The translations under genes and the position numbers were made by a program. From IMG/VR virus record IMGVR_UViG_3300005681_000033, positions 32,001 to 96,000 of that record: 64,000 nt of DNA, one strand, 5' to 3'. The stretch comes from a virus. Shown here in pieces: positions 18,517 through 28,964 of the stretch. The notes under the pieces are model-generated. The model was given only the letters and a program-made list of their open reading frames with translations. It searched no databases and was not told the origin of the DNA. Within the stretch, counting starts at the first letter, position 1. Every line of letters begins with the position of its first letter.

Positions 18517-18985
18517 TTGCTAGAGCTTTGTCAATGTCTATTGGCATTAGAAGGTTAAATTCTTTGTCGAATTTATATCCGTTTAGTGCCAATATTTCTC
18601 CAATTATTTCGGAGCAATTTTCCCCGTCAGTCAGTGCGTTGTATTTTTTTCTAAAAATATTGGCTATAACAATTCCTATATTTTGAAAAAAACCATACTC
18701 AATACCAGAATTATCTATGCAATATTGCATTAATTTTGTATAGCTCTTTTCACAAACTTCAAAAGAATAAGATTTTACCTCAACAGCATGATTTTTCCAT
18801 CTATCAAAACCAATAAATCTCACACCAGATCCAACAGCTTCATAAATTAACGTTCTGTTGAAACTTTGTGAATCAAACTTCATGTAAACATGGCTGTAGG
18901 GCGTACCCATATAACACCGGATTATCCAGCTACCAATTGCAAATTTTTTAGTAGATTTAGAAAATCCAATGGTTATTTTTCTCAT
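18503..18985 (-). CDS. permuted papain-like (NlpC/P60, YiiX/YebB-like) amidase
   Basis: YSHV...YEA..GV...G.EY...NCSE: His precedes catalytic Cys. Confidence 0.75.
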   Translation of the reverse strand: MRKITIGFSKSTKKFAIGSWIIRCYMGTPYSHVYMKFDSQSFNRTLIYEAVGSGVRFIGFDRWKNHAVEVKSYSFEVCEKSYTKLMQYCIDNSGIEYGFFQNIGIVIANIFRKKYNALTDGENCSEIIGEILALNGYKFDKEFNLLMPIDIDKALATKLS

Positions 18986-19461
18986 GTGCGTGGTATTTGA
19001 AGATAATCTTCAATTTCATTGCGAACAGCTTTTAATTTCTCAGTCGTAATCAAAACACCATCTGGTTGGATATTGTTGATCTCAGTTATGGCAACGTAAA
19101 GAGAGCCGGTATTTAAAGCTGCCTGAACCTTTGCTGTCTTTATCGTGATTTCTTGAATCTGTTCAATAGAATACCCAGCCAGAACATTTGCAGCCCCATA
19201 TCGAGCTATCACTCTAGTTCCAAAAGATCTGGCTGCTAAGATTCTGTTTGCCACTGTATCTAGCAAAGTGCTTATTGGTACATGAGATGCGACTACTTGA
19301 TTTAGAACAGCCTGTTGGTTATTGCTTAATTGAACAGCAGTGTTAACAACAAAATGTGTATTGGAGATCAAGTCCATGCTCATCATTGGAATTCCAGCAG
19401 CTGCTATTTCTAAATTCAATTTTTCAAGATTGTATTCTTTGTTGTATGAATAACTGTACAT
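18982..19461 (-). CDS. hypothetical (fibre-associated) protein
   Basis: follows fibre gene with overlap. Confidence 0.6.
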   Translation of the reverse strand: MYSYSYNKEYNLEKLNLEIAAAGIPMMSMDLISNTHFVVNTAVQLSNNQQAVLNQVVASHVPISTLLDTVANRILAARSFGTRVIARYGAANVLAGYSIEQIQEITIKTAKVQAALNTGSLYVAITEINNIQPDGVLITTEKLKAVRNEIEDYLQIPRT

Positions 19462-21074
19462 TAGCCTACCCTCAAAATATGCATTGTTCTAACTTGAACA
19501 GTGGTGGTTCCAGCTGAGCGTCTACCTCTAATTTCAATTGCCTGAGTTCCATCGACTGTAACTGTTCCAGTAGTTCCAAAATATGGAGAGCCTGGAGTAC
19601 CTGCGTTTGAATAGGTAAATGATTTATTGGAATTGGTATTAATTGTTCCACCTGCATAAATTGCAAAACCTAATGTGGAATTGGCGTTTGTCGCAGTTAC
19701 CGCTGCATCAAAATGAACCCTGTAGGTTCCAGCAGGTGGTGTAATCGTCATTCCAGTAATCAAAACATTTGTCGTAGACGCAATTGACATGCCAGCTGTT
19801 GCACTTACCTCATTTGCGTAAGGTTCAAATCTAGTTCTTGCATACCAAGTTCCAGCTGCAGTTCCATTTCCTGTCAATATTAAATATGTCGTGCCAGTCA
19901 CAGCTGGAGTTGTGTCTAATACTCCACCGGCATTGTCTTGAACAGCAAGTGTTTTTGTCGAACTATTTCTAATTTCATATTCTGCACCTACAGTTAAAGT
20001 AGTTGCATCTGGCATACGAATGATTTGTCCAGCTGTTGAGCCTGTAATGATTTGAATAGATGCACTTGCTGTTGTTAGTGTGGTTGTGGTATTCGCACTG
20101 GCAAAGGTGTCAAAATCCATTACCGTTCTACGTTTCTGCAATAAATCTACAATCCTTACGTCTCCGTTTTGACTAATTCTCATTCTTTCTACTGGTCCAG
20201 TAGAGCCAGAAGGAGTGGTCATAAAAATTAATCTACCAGGCATTGAACCAGCAGCAGCTGTTCCATCCACAGCAGCTCTTACAGAAGCGCCTGCTTGAAA
20301 ATTTACACCATCAGATCCACGAAATTGAAGCCTACCAAGCTCATCATCTGCTGACAATAAACCTTGAGTGCCAATTGTAGCTCCTCTTGATTTAACCAAG
20401 TTGAATACTGGGGGTATAGAATCAGCAGAGTAGTGAATTGCTGCCATTTGAGTGTTTGCACCAGTAGTTCCAATAATTTGAAAAGCTGGTACTGTAGAGA
20501 TACCGGTAATATCTATAGGAGTAGCGTTTTCACCTAGGATAAATTTTCCAGATGCGCTAAACTGACCATAGCGAATATTGTTTGTGAAAAAATTTAACGC
20601 GCTATTTTCATATTGAATAATTTCTGCGTTTCCAGCATTGTCAATTCCAATTTCTAACCCATCACCGGCTGTTTGTCCAGTAGTAGTGCCTGCTGTAAAA
20701 CGAATGTGTCCACCAACACCAGTTCCACGATCAATATGAATAGTTGATTGTGGAGTTGCAGGTGCAGACAAACCAATTCCTAAGCGACCATTCGTTTGGT
20801 CCCATGTAAATTTGGTGGTGTCTGTTTTAACAAAACCATTAGAATCTGTGTAAACAATTGTATTTGCTTGAAGAGATGTTGTGCCAGTTGGAAGGCGTGG
20901 GATTGGAGTCCAGCCAGTATCTCCAGCAGCAGACTTTACCCACATTGCACCAAGTGTGTTGTTATCTAATAGAGCAATCGAGCCAATCTTAGCAGAAACG
21001 CCGCTCACTGTTGGGTCAGTGTCGACGGTCAGTACCGAGATTTGATCAACTGTCATTTGACCTAAGATAGCCAT
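19461..21074 (-). CDS. tail/head fibre-like adhesin
   Basis: G/T/S/A-rich beta protein, WDQTNGRLGIG and ERMRI..G motifs. Confidence 0.7.
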   Translation of the reverse strand: MAILGQMTVDQISVLTVDTDPTVSGVSAKIGSIALLDNNTLGAMWVKSAAGDTGWTPIPRLPTGTTSLQANTIVYTDSNGFVKTDTTKFTWDQTNGRLGIGLSAPATPQSTIHIDRGTGVGGHIRFTAGTTTGQTAGDGLEIGIDNAGNAEIIQYENSALNFFTNNIRYGQFSASGKFILGENATPIDITGISTVPAFQIIGTTGANTQMAAIHYSADSIPPVFNLVKSRGATIGTQGLLSADDELGRLQFRGSDGVNFQAGASVRAAVDGTAAAGSMPGRLIFMTTPSGSTGPVERMRISQNGDVRIVDLLQKRRTVMDFDTFASANTTTTLTTASASIQIITGSTAGQIIRMPDATTLTVGAEYEIRNSSTKTLAVQDNAGGVLDTTPAVTGTTYLILTGNGTAAGTWYARTRFEPYANEVSATAGMSIASTTNVLITGMTITPPAGTYRVHFDAAVTATNANSTLGFAIYAGGTINTNSNKSFTYSNAGTPGSPYFGTTGTVTVDGTQAIEIRGRRSAGTTTVQVRTMHILRVG

Positions 21075-21086
21075 TTAAAACCTACC

Positions 21087-22910
21087 TTAGCTTAGTGTGA
21101 TAATTTCGTAAGTAACAGTCCAAGTGATGTTGTTGTTTGCAGCACCAGTAACTCTGATACGCGCTGAAGTTCCAGACACGTCCATAGTTCCGTTCCATCC
21201 AAGCTGATCTTCATTTGTGTAATCAGTTTGTAGACCGTTAATTGTTACAGTTCCACCGATATTCTTGAACCGAGCTGTACGAATATAAGTTGCAGAATCA
21301 CCATTTGAACCAGATGCACCACCAGTTCTACGTCCAACAATTTTCGCAATAACTACCATTGTTGAATCTGTAGGCACAGTGATTGACTGAAGAGTTGTTG
21401 CAGTAGCGTCTGTGGTGTTAACTTGTGCTTGGAACATTTCCCAGTTAGCATTTGAAGCACCAGCATCAGCATAGCGCACAGATCCACGGAAAATAGAAGC
21501 TCCGTTGACATCGATCTTACGACCGGCAACTGGAGTATTTGTTCCAACACCCAATCTAGAGTTTGTGTTATCCCAGAATAATTGAGCGTTGCTTTCGCTT
21601 AAAACTCCACTTGTGCCAGCAAAAATGATAGAGCCAGCGGTTTTACCACTGAGTGTAGCATTAACAAAAGTTGGAGATGCAGAAATTCGGATGTCTTGAA
21701 CAGTGTCAAGTGTGATTGAACCAGCGCCGTTTGAAACAATAACGCTATTGAATGCACCTTGGGTGATGTTTGCTGCTACAGGAGCAGCACCAGTAGAACC
21801 AATCAATAATTGACCGTTTGTTAAAGCCGCAGCTTCAACAATAGCTCCACCAGAAGAAACAATGATTCGATTGTTGTTTAGAGTAGTGCCAGAATTCGTA
21901 CCACCGTTTGCAATTGGCAATACGCCAGAAACGTCAGAAGCGGCTGTCAAAACAATTGTACCGTTTGACAAAACACCTGTTGCACTAGATCGTACTGGAG
22001 CAGCTGAATTCAAAGAAGAAATTCTTGCAGTACCAGTTACATGTAAAGTATCCGAAGGAGCACCATTACCAATGCCTAATCGAGTGTTAGTGTTATCCCA
22101 GAAAAAGTTTGCGTTAGAACCAATTTGACTAGAAGAGGTCCAGTAAGAAACTCGACCAGCAGCACCAGAACCCATTGCAAAAGTATCTGAAACATCTGGC
22201 AATGTGTAAGATCTATTAGATGTTAAAGAGGTAAGTAGAATTGTTGCAGTGTTTGCATTGGTTGGAGCTTTAAAAGACCATCCGTTACGAGCAGCTGCTA
22301 CAGTAGCAAATGCAGTGATTACAGCATTTTCTTCAACTTCAATACCAGCTCCACCACCAGAAGCAGCAGCACCACCATTATTTAAAGTGATGGTCGGATC
22401 TGAAATTTCAGTAACTGTTGAGTTAATGGTAGTCATCGTACCATTAACTGTCAAGTTACCATTGATTGTCATGTCATTGCCGAAAGTTTTTGGACCATTA
22501 ATGATCTGTCCACCTTCAGTCAATACGAAATCAGCCGCACTTACAGAGTTGCCTGGATTAGGAATGCTGTAAACGATAGCTACAGCACGACCTGCTTGGG
22601 CAACGTGAGAGACAACGATTGAGTTGGCATTTTGGATATACTCATCATCAACCTGGTTTCCGCTTGAAGGATAAACAGGCAATCGACCGGCAACACCAGT
22701 CAAAACACCACCGGCTACAGCTGCAGTATTAATCAAATCCCATGCTGTGTCGAGAGCACCGGTTTTAAGATATGCAGTTCCAGTTGAACCAGAATTGTAA
22801 GCAGCAATGGCACCAATGGGCGCACTTGTTCCAGCACCTGCACTAGGTACAGCATCGACCTGCAATACCTCTACTTCATTGTTGGTCAAACGACCGATAA
22901 TATTAGCCAT
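21087..22910 (-). CDS. tail/head fibre-like adhesin
   Basis: two WDNTNxRLG(I/V)G repeats, LPIANGGT, GNLTVNG motifs; N-terminus paralogous to 19461-21074. Confidence 0.7.
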   Translation of the reverse strand: MANIIGRLTNNEVEVLQVDAVPSAGAGTSAPIGAIAAYNSGSTGTAYLKTGALDTAWDLINTAAVAGGVLTGVAGRLPVYPSSGNQVDDEYIQNANSIVVSHVAQAGRAVAIVYSIPNPGNSVSAADFVLTEGGQIINGPKTFGNDMTINGNLTVNGTMTTINSTVTEISDPTITLNNGGAAASGGGAGIEVEENAVITAFATVAAARNGWSFKAPTNANTATILLTSLTSNRSYTLPDVSDTFAMGSGAAGRVSYWTSSSQIGSNANFFWDNTNTRLGIGNGAPSDTLHVTGTARISSLNSAAPVRSSATGVLSNGTIVLTAASDVSGVLPIANGGTNSGTTLNNNRIIVSSGGAIVEAAALTNGQLLIGSTGAAPVAANITQGAFNSVIVSNGAGSITLDTVQDIRISASPTFVNATLSGKTAGSIIFAGTSGVLSESNAQLFWDNTNSRLGVGTNTPVAGRKIDVNGASIFRGSVRYADAGASNANWEMFQAQVNTTDATATTLQSITVPTDSTMVVIAKIVGRRTGGASGSNGDSATYIRTARFKNIGGTVTINGLQTDYTNEDQLGWNGTMDVSGTSARIRVTGAANNNITWTVTYEIITLS

Positions 22911-22953
22911 TGTACTACCTCATTACGGAAACGACCGATGTCATTTCCTTCCC

Positions 22954-22962
22954 TAAAGATTG
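22954..22962 (-). promoter_or_regulatory. candidate late promoter CAATCTTTA
   Basis: motif recurring upstream of structural genes. Confidence 0.6.
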
Positions 22963-22995
22963 CGTTTTTCGTAAGTCTTTCATAATTCTCAAATC

Positions 22996-23955
22996 CTATT
23001 CATTTGTTTCTACAGCTTCAATCTCTACATGTCCAGTCCAATAAGTATCTAAAATTACTGGAGATTTTACATAAATTGTAACTTCTGACACAGACATGGA
23101 ATAAGAGACATCAAAGCCAGCTGCTGTTTTTTCAGTGTAATCACTTTGCCAAACCCTTGGGGTTTGTACGTTTGAGTTAGCTCTGTAAAAAGTGGCGGTT
23201 CTTTTAAAAACACCAAAGCCACTTTGGTCTGAAAGCCTACCAATCGCATGGAATTCGACCTTAACTATCGAATTTTGAGCAATTGGAATGGTAAAAGCCA
23301 ATTGAGCTGTACTTGCCTGGGTTAAAAGAGACCAGGTTTCTTGTCTGAATCCAGAGCCTGCAAAGGCAGTGTGTGATTTTTGATGATAATGGTTTGCAGG
23401 AGCTGTTAGATCTGGTCCTAAACCAAAACGACCATTACTATCAACTAAAGCTCTGTGAAGATTATTGGTGCGAATTTTTAAAGGCTTGCTATCAATAGTT
23501 CCAAGGAAATTGACATTTGGGTCTGTACCATTATTTCCTTCTAATCGCCAAGAGACAGAATTGACGCTATCTGCAGCTTCTGTTGTTACGTACAAAATAC
23601 CATCGTCAATACTTTGTTTAATTACTTGTGCTACGATACCACCAAGCGGTGTGGTGGTTAAATTTCCACCGGCATCGGAATATAATTGAGTGCCTGGTGC
23701 CCATGCTGAAGTGTTGACTTCAAACATGAATCCAAAACAACATACATTTCCACTTTTTCCATTTGGTGTTGTGTCGTACATCACACCAAAATTTGGATAT
23801 GTATTGGGGTCGGCAATCACAACTTTTGGATAGGACGTTCCCATACCATCAAGTCTAACCACCTTTAAGGCATTTATTGAACCACCGGATTGGTTTTCAA
23901 TTACCTCGTTTGTTGGTGCGTGGAGATCTCTTCCTCTTAATCTACTATGTAACAT
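22996..23955 (-). CDS. fibre-like virion protein
   Basis: W.LEGN.GT....FLGT.D.KPL..RTNN motif; C-terminus paralogous to that of 21087-22910. Confidence 0.65.
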   Translation of the reverse strand: MLHSRLRGRDLHAPTNEVIENQSGGSINALKVVRLDGMGTSYPKVVIADPNTYPNFGVMYDTTPNGKSGNVCCFGFMFEVNTSAWAPGTQLYSDAGGNLTTTPLGGIVAQVIKQSIDDGILYVTTEAADSVNSVSWRLEGNNGTDPNVNFLGTIDSKPLKIRTNNLHRALVDSNGRFGLGPDLTAPANHYHQKSHTAFAGSGFRQETWSLLTQASTAQLAFTIPIAQNSIVKVEFHAIGRLSDQSGFGVFKRTATFYRANSNVQTPRVWQSDYTEKTAAGFDVSYSMSVSEVTIYVKSPVILDTYWTGHVEIEAVETNE

Positions 23956-24176
23956 TACATCACCACTACATTTCCATCGTTATCAATAACGACGCGAGGC
24001 CCATCCTCAAGATAGTTGTTTGTTTGCACATCATATGTTTGAAATTTGTGTCCAGCAGAATTCCTATTGGCAGTTACAATCCTATCGGGATTGAATTGGC
24101 GAACCAAATCTAATTTTTTAGTAATTGGATTTAAAGATAACTCTTCTCGATCAGCAGGTCTTTTAATGTCAGCCAT
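23955..24176 (-). CDS. small virion-associated hypothetical protein
   Basis: NPITKKLDLV motif; coupled to neighbours. Confidence 0.6.
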   Translation of the reverse strand: MADIKRPADREELSLNPITKKLDLVRQFNPDRIVTANRNSAGHKFQTYDVQTNNYLEDGPRVVIDNDGNVVVM

Positions 24177-24775
24177 TATGTATCCTCAAATCCTTTATAT
24201 CGAATAGCAAATTTATTAGGATTGTAAGAAACATCAATGTGGTGAATTTGCACACCGTTTAAGAAAAATTGATATTGTGTTGGAAAATCTTCCCCATCAC
24301 GCACTATAACAACTTCATCAAATTCTGCTGGACCAATTTGATTACCACCTTCAACAATTGGAAGTGGATTTCCATCATTATACGATCGTCCTAATTCATC
24401 CACAGCGTGTGTACGAATAGCAACAACAGGCTCTTGTTCATAAATAGCCTGAATAATATCTTCTGGTCTTGGTTTTGATTTTTTCTGTTCAATGACAGTA
24501 AGAGTGGCGCTGTCAGCAACTAAATAGCCTGACAAGTCATACCGACTCATGAATTCACCCTTGGTTTCAATTGGACCAATAATAGCTTTGGTGAATGATA
24601 ATACTTTTTTGATTTCTAATTTTTGTTCGGGTGGTTGTAAGCTTGCAGAATAGATCTTCACTTGCTGTTTTACACGCAATCCTTGTGTAGATGTAAGTGT
24701 AACGACACCATCAGCACCACCATTTGCTGTAAACGCAATAGGGCCTATGGAATCCCATAATCTTTCATTAGCCAT
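24176..24775 (-). CDS. putative virion protein (start MANERL)
   Basis: structural cluster; GAGG RBS. Confidence 0.6.
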   Translation of the reverse strand: MANERLWDSIGPIAFTANGGADGVVTLTSTQGLRVKQQVKIYSASLQPPEQKLEIKKVLSFTKAIIGPIETKGEFMSRYDLSGYLVADSATLTVIEQKKSKPRPEDIIQAIYEQEPVVAIRTHAVDELGRSYNDGNPLPIVEGGNQIGPAEFDEVVIVRDGEDFPTQYQFFLNGVQIHHIDVSYNPNKFAIRYKGFEDT

Positions 24776-24789
24776 TTCCAAACCTCTAA

Positions 24790-24807
24790 CAGCCGACCCT
24801 TCGGCTG
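24790..24807. other. GC-rich hairpin (possible weak terminator/RNA stability element)
   Basis: CAGCCGA-CCCT-TCGGCTG; no long U tract in the sense direction. Confidence 0.4.
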
Positions 24808-24823
24808 CGTTAATCGTTTTTAG

Positions 24824-25198
24824 TTACTTGTTCGTATGTTCAAGTACCAGCGCCACGATACTAGCGATAGCTGTAAGTACAGAAATGATTGAAACCAAAT
24901 GAGCTTTGACCCATGCCTTAGCTTTCACCGGTTCTTCAAGTTTATTTAATCTTTCATGTGACTGATCAATTTTAGTCACGTATGATTGATATAAATCTTG
25001 TAAATCATCAGTTCTTTTAATATGATGTGCAATATCTTTTGTATTGATACTCACGGTAGTTTTTAGCTCTTTTACATCCATGTCCATTTGTTCTAAATAA
25101 ACACTTTGTTTGGCTAATTCGGTACCGTGTCTTTTTTGATCATCGCGAACCTCTTTAAGAAGTTCGCGAATGTATCTTAATTCTTCTGTATTTGGCAT
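24824..25198 (-). CDS. coiled-coil protein with C-terminal TM (holin/XhlA-like)
   Basis: heptad N-region and single C-terminal TM. Confidence 0.5.
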   Translation of the reverse strand: MPNTEELRYIRELLKEVRDDQKRHGTELAKQSVYLEQMDMDVKELKTTVSINTKDIAHHIKRTDDLQDLYQSYVTKIDQSHERLNKLEEPVKAKAWVKAHLVSIISVLTAIASIVALVLEHTNK

Positions 25199-25220
25199 AC
25201 AGGACCACCCTATCTAGCGA

Positions 25221-25679
25221 TTACGGAAGATTAACCGCTCCACCTTCATCTTGAGCACCAGACTCATCAGAAGCGTGCGTTCCCATATATGTGATTTGAA
25301 TTCTTGAAGTTGCTTTTCCATTTGCACCAGTTGAGTAATTAATTGGAATGCAGTTTTGAACAATCATTACTGGAGTATTTGATTGATCTTGACGATCAAG
25401 CATTGCCAGTGTGATTGTTTCAAGATTTAACAAATCTTGTAACTTAGGCACTTTAGGTAAAACGTGTCCACCATTACCGATAATTCGGAAGCCGGAACAG
25501 TTAACTGTTACAGCTTCGTAAGATGTTTGTGTAATTTCAGCAGGACTGTAGCGACCCAGAATGTGGATTGCTTCAGCTCCGATGTTTACCGCGTATGAAC
25601 AGCTGTCAAAGATACCAACCAATACGTTATCAACGTATACTTTAGCTCTCGCACCTGTAAAAACTTTTGCTTTTGCCAT
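25221..25679 (-). CDS. tail tube protein
   Basis: 152 aa directly after sheath; VFTGAR...VG...I..LG.YSP.EI pattern. Confidence 0.8.
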   Translation of the reverse strand: MAKAKVFTGARAKVYVDNVLVGIFDSCSYAVNIGAEAIHILGRYSPAEITQTSYEAVTVNCSGFRIIGNGGHVLPKVPKLQDLLNLETITLAMLDRQDQSNTPVMIVQNCIPINYSTGANGKATSRIQITYMGTHASDESGAQDEGGAVNLP

Positions 25680-25698
25680 GTTTTAAATCTCCTATCTA

Positions 25699-27861
25699 TT
25701 ACGCAGCACTTTGAACTTGGCTGATGTCAATGTTAATTGGGATGAACAAGATTGCAGTAGCAAGCTTGATTTCAACTTTAACTTCCATGATTGGACCTGA
25801 AATCTTAACTTTAGCGTTTTTGAAACCCAAAGGAGCATCGTCAGAAGCAGCAATCAATTTTTGTTTTTTGTATTGGTCCATTTTAGAAGCCAAGAAAGCA
25901 ACTGCAGTAGAAGCATCTACATCAGCCAAAGATTGACCAACGAAAGCAACTTGAAAACTTGCAGCTAAATCAAGAGCAACTAAATCAGCAGCATACATAG
26001 CTTGGATTGAGTTGTAAACGAAGTTTGTATCAATACCATAAGTAGTTTGATCACAAACCCATTTAACACCAACAACTGCTTTTTCAAGGAAAAGCAATCC
26101 AGCATCCAAAGCTTCTTCGATTTGACCTGGAGAACCAGAATCGAAACCAGAAGGATCTGTGTAAGCAATTACATTTGCAAACTTATTAGTGATAGATTTG
26201 TAGAATCCAGCAGCTTGCATACCAGCAGCGATAGCCGCAGTGTGCCAAGGTAATTGATTTACTACAACACCAGCAGAGTTTGCCTGACTAGTTTTTTGCA
26301 TAGCCAATGAAACACGAGCATTTGCTAATGATTGAGCGCGAGACTTAGCGTCAGCATAAGAACCCCAGAAAGATAAGAAAGCAGATCTGTGCTTTTTGAT
26401 CTTAGAAGTTGACATTTTAAGTACGTGACTCTTAACCAATGCATTTACAGCATCGATAGTATATGTAGAACCAGATTCTGATAATCCTTCGGCGATATCT
26501 TCAGAAGCATCTCGACTAAATAAAGGAACAACAAAATTTACATCAATGCTTTCCATTTCTGTAACCGCAGATACGATATTTGCAGCTGAAGTACTTCCTT
26601 TAGAACCACCAGATAAAAATACCTTTGAAGCCATTGGAAGTGGCAATCCAGCTGTTGCAGTAGCGGAATAGCTAAGTGCAGCAGATTGACCAGCAGCTTT
26701 TGCAAAATTTGCAGCAGCTTTTTTGATTCGACCTGGAGTCAAATCAGCAGCTGTTGAACAGATTGGCTGAGCCGACATGTTGTCCAATGCAACTGGTGAT
26801 GTTTGTGTAGAAGCAGCAACAACAGAGCAAGTGTATCCTGTTTGTGAATTGATATACGCAGCTAGATCAGATAATGTCAAATATTGATTTAAGCTGATTG
26901 ATAAGTTTGCACCAGAACCACCAGTTACGGTAGTAGACAATGTACTATCAGAGATAGTTACAGTTGCAGTAGTTCCTTCGTATCCAATTAATAGAGCGAT
27001 TTCAGCAGCAACAAGGAAAGCCTCATTGGTGTTGTTGTCTTGTCTATTAATGTCAAGTTCAACTTCAGGTTCTTGGGCAGAAACATTTAATCCTGGATCA
27101 TGGCCAATAGCATCTAAATCACCAGGTGTAGAGTCGATAAGCTCAAAAGCTTTACCCCAACCTTTTAAGTTAGCATTTGCATCAGCATCCATTGTAAATT
27201 TTAATGTATCAGTTGCAGTTCCAGCAGAAGCTTCGATACCAGCAGGTAATAAGGCATTTAATTCTACAATCAAAGTAGCAAGGTCAGCATGGTCAGCAGG
27301 AGTGTTGCTCAATGTTACAGAAGCAGAAGCTCCACCGTTTAAACGGATGGCAAAGTTTAAACCATTTAAAGCAGCACCGAAAGCAGAGATTACAGAACCT
27401 GTAATACTAGGAGCAACCTCGGAAATAGATTGAAATACTTGATAAGAGTATTTGTTTCCATCTAAACCCCAGTTCTTGTCTTTTAAAGTACCGTAGTTGG
27501 TAGGGATAATAGCCTGTGCTTTACCGCTAATGTTGGTTTTAGAAATATAAATTCTGTTAGCAGCTCCACTGATGTTTGCATCAGAAGAAGGAGAAGCTAA
27601 TGCTCGGAAAGCATCAACGATTGGACCGCTGATATATTTCTTTTGCACTTCTTGCAATTGATCTGGTGTATAGAAGTTATCTTTCAGTAAATCACCATTT
27701 GCTGAATCGATACCTTTAGAAGCAGCTCCACCAGAAGCCTCGCCCATGATTACGATGTTTCCAGAACTAGCAACACCTACTGGTGTGGATTTGACATTAA
27801 CGTCAAAATACGAACCAGGTCTGTTAGTGTTTACTGTATCGGTAGTTAGTCTTTGTGCCAT
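25699..27861 (-). CDS. contractile tail sheath protein
   Basis: 720 aa; RPGSY, I.MGEA.GG, LSGG.KG, DQTTY, C-terminal FI.I motifs. Confidence 0.88.
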   Translation of the reverse strand: MAQRLTTDTVNTNRPGSYFDVNVKSTPVGVASSGNIVIMGEASGGAASKGIDSANGDLLKDNFYTPDQLQEVQKKYISGPIVDAFRALASPSSDANISGAANRIYISKTNISGKAQAIIPTNYGTLKDKNWGLDGNKYSYQVFQSISEVAPSITGSVISAFGAALNGLNFAIRLNGGASASVTLSNTPADHADLATLIVELNALLPAGIEASAGTATDTLKFTMDADANANLKGWGKAFELIDSTPGDLDAIGHDPGLNVSAQEPEVELDINRQDNNTNEAFLVAAEIALLIGYEGTTATVTISDSTLSTTVTGGSGANLSISLNQYLTLSDLAAYINSQTGYTCSVVAASTQTSPVALDNMSAQPICSTAADLTPGRIKKAAANFAKAAGQSAALSYSATATAGLPLPMASKVFLSGGSKGSTSAANIVSAVTEMESIDVNFVVPLFSRDASEDIAEGLSESGSTYTIDAVNALVKSHVLKMSTSKIKKHRSAFLSFWGSYADAKSRAQSLANARVSLAMQKTSQANSAGVVVNQLPWHTAAIAAGMQAAGFYKSITNKFANVIAYTDPSGFDSGSPGQIEEALDAGLLFLEKAVVGVKWVCDQTTYGIDTNFVYNSIQAMYAADLVALDLAASFQVAFVGQSLADVDASTAVAFLASKMDQYKKQKLIAASDDAPLGFKNAKVKISGPIMEVKVEIKLATAILFIPINIDISQVQSAA

Positions 27862-27879
27862 TTTTTAACTCTCCTTGCC

Positions 27880-28134
27880 TTAAATCTTATATCCGAAGTG
27901 TTTTACGCCTTCGTTGAATTTTTCTTTTTGGTTCATACCTATTGCTTTCAAATGTAACCACATTACATCTTCAATTTCAGGCGCAAGGTTTAACTTTCTT
28001 TTTAATTCAACAAAGTAAGTCCTAAATTCTTCTCTCGAAGCATCTACAAGTTTTTTGGCCTGCATCTTTGCTTCGTGATTAGCTCGTCGCACTTCAGCAG
28101 GCGACAATTCTTGGGTTTCTTGTTTTTTAGCCAT
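27880..28134 (-). CDS. hypothetical protein
   Basis: coupled ORF upstream of sheath. Confidence 0.7.
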   Translation of the reverse strand: MAKKQETQELSPAEVRRANHEAKMQAKKLVDASREEFRTYFVELKRKLNLAPEIEDVMWLHLKAIGMNQKEKFNEGVKHFGYKI

Positions 28135-28889
28135 TATTTACCAGCCTTCGGTGCGATTCCCATTAGTTTTTCCACCGATTTGTTTTTTTCCATCTCAAGT
28201 TTTGGGTCTTTCTTGACTTGCTGTGCCGGTGTTTCTACCGGTGGAGCGTCGGCTAATTTAGCCGCAGCTTGCTCGTCTGAATTACCAGCTTTTTTCATTT
28301 TGCGTTGTAGCATGAATTTCTTCAGGCTTGGTCGCATTTCACCACATTTTTCAGTTTCTGATTTTGCAAATGGAGGTTTTTTATCTCCACCTACAGCAGC
28401 TTTAATCTTGTCTTCTTTACTTGAATCATCAGAAGGTTTTGATTTAGCAGCAGCGTCAATCTTTGCTTTGTGTTCGGGAGCTTCACCAGCTTCCTTGTCA
28501 CCATCAAGATCTTGTCCAGAAGCCTCTTCTTCAGCTTCCATAGCATCAGCACCATCAATATCGCCGTCGCCGTCTTTATCAGCAGCTGCCATAGCGTCAG
28601 CACCGTCTACATCACCGTCACCATCTTTATCAGCTGATGCAGGTTTAGCTTGTTTTTTTCCACCCTTACGATCTTCATGACCACCAGAGTTTTCGATGTC
28701 AGCTTCAGCCAAATAAGCAGGTGCTTCAGCATCGTCATTTGATGGCTCACCACCAGGTTCGATTTCATGAGAAGTGTTTGCTTTAGCCAATTGAGCGGCC
28801 TTAAGCATTTCGTGTGTCTTTTTAAGGACAGCAACTGCCACTTCTTGGGCTGTATAGAACTTCTCTTCATTTTTAGGTTTTTGAGCCAT
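28134..28889 (-). CDS. disordered putative head-internal protein with DxDGDGD Ca-binding repeats (start MAQKP)
   Basis: DKDGDGDVDGADA, DKDGDGDIDGADA; LAKA/FAKS/MKKA motifs; GAGGG RBS. Confidence 0.7.
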   Translation of the reverse strand: MAQKPKNEEKFYTAQEVAVAVLKKTHEMLKAAQLAKANTSHEIEPGGEPSNDDAEAPAYLAEADIENSGGHEDRKGGKKQAKPASADKDGDGDVDGADAMAAADKDGDGDIDGADAMEAEEEASGQDLDGDKEAGEAPEHKAKIDAAAKSKPSDDSSKEDKIKAAVGGDKKPPFAKSETEKCGEMRPSLKKFMLQRKMKKAGNSDEQAAAKLADAPPVETPAQQVKKDPKLEMEKNKSVEKLMGIAPKAGK

Positions 28890-28922
28890 ATTTTCCCTCA
28901 AATATTTTTTCACTTACATCCC

Positions 28923-28931
28923 TAAAGATTG
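28923..28931 (-). promoter_or_regulatory. candidate late promoter CAATCTTTA
   Basis: exact motif 34 nt upstream of ATG. Confidence 0.6.
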
Positions 28932-28964
28932 CGATTTCTTTGGGATTTTATGGTATACAATAAT

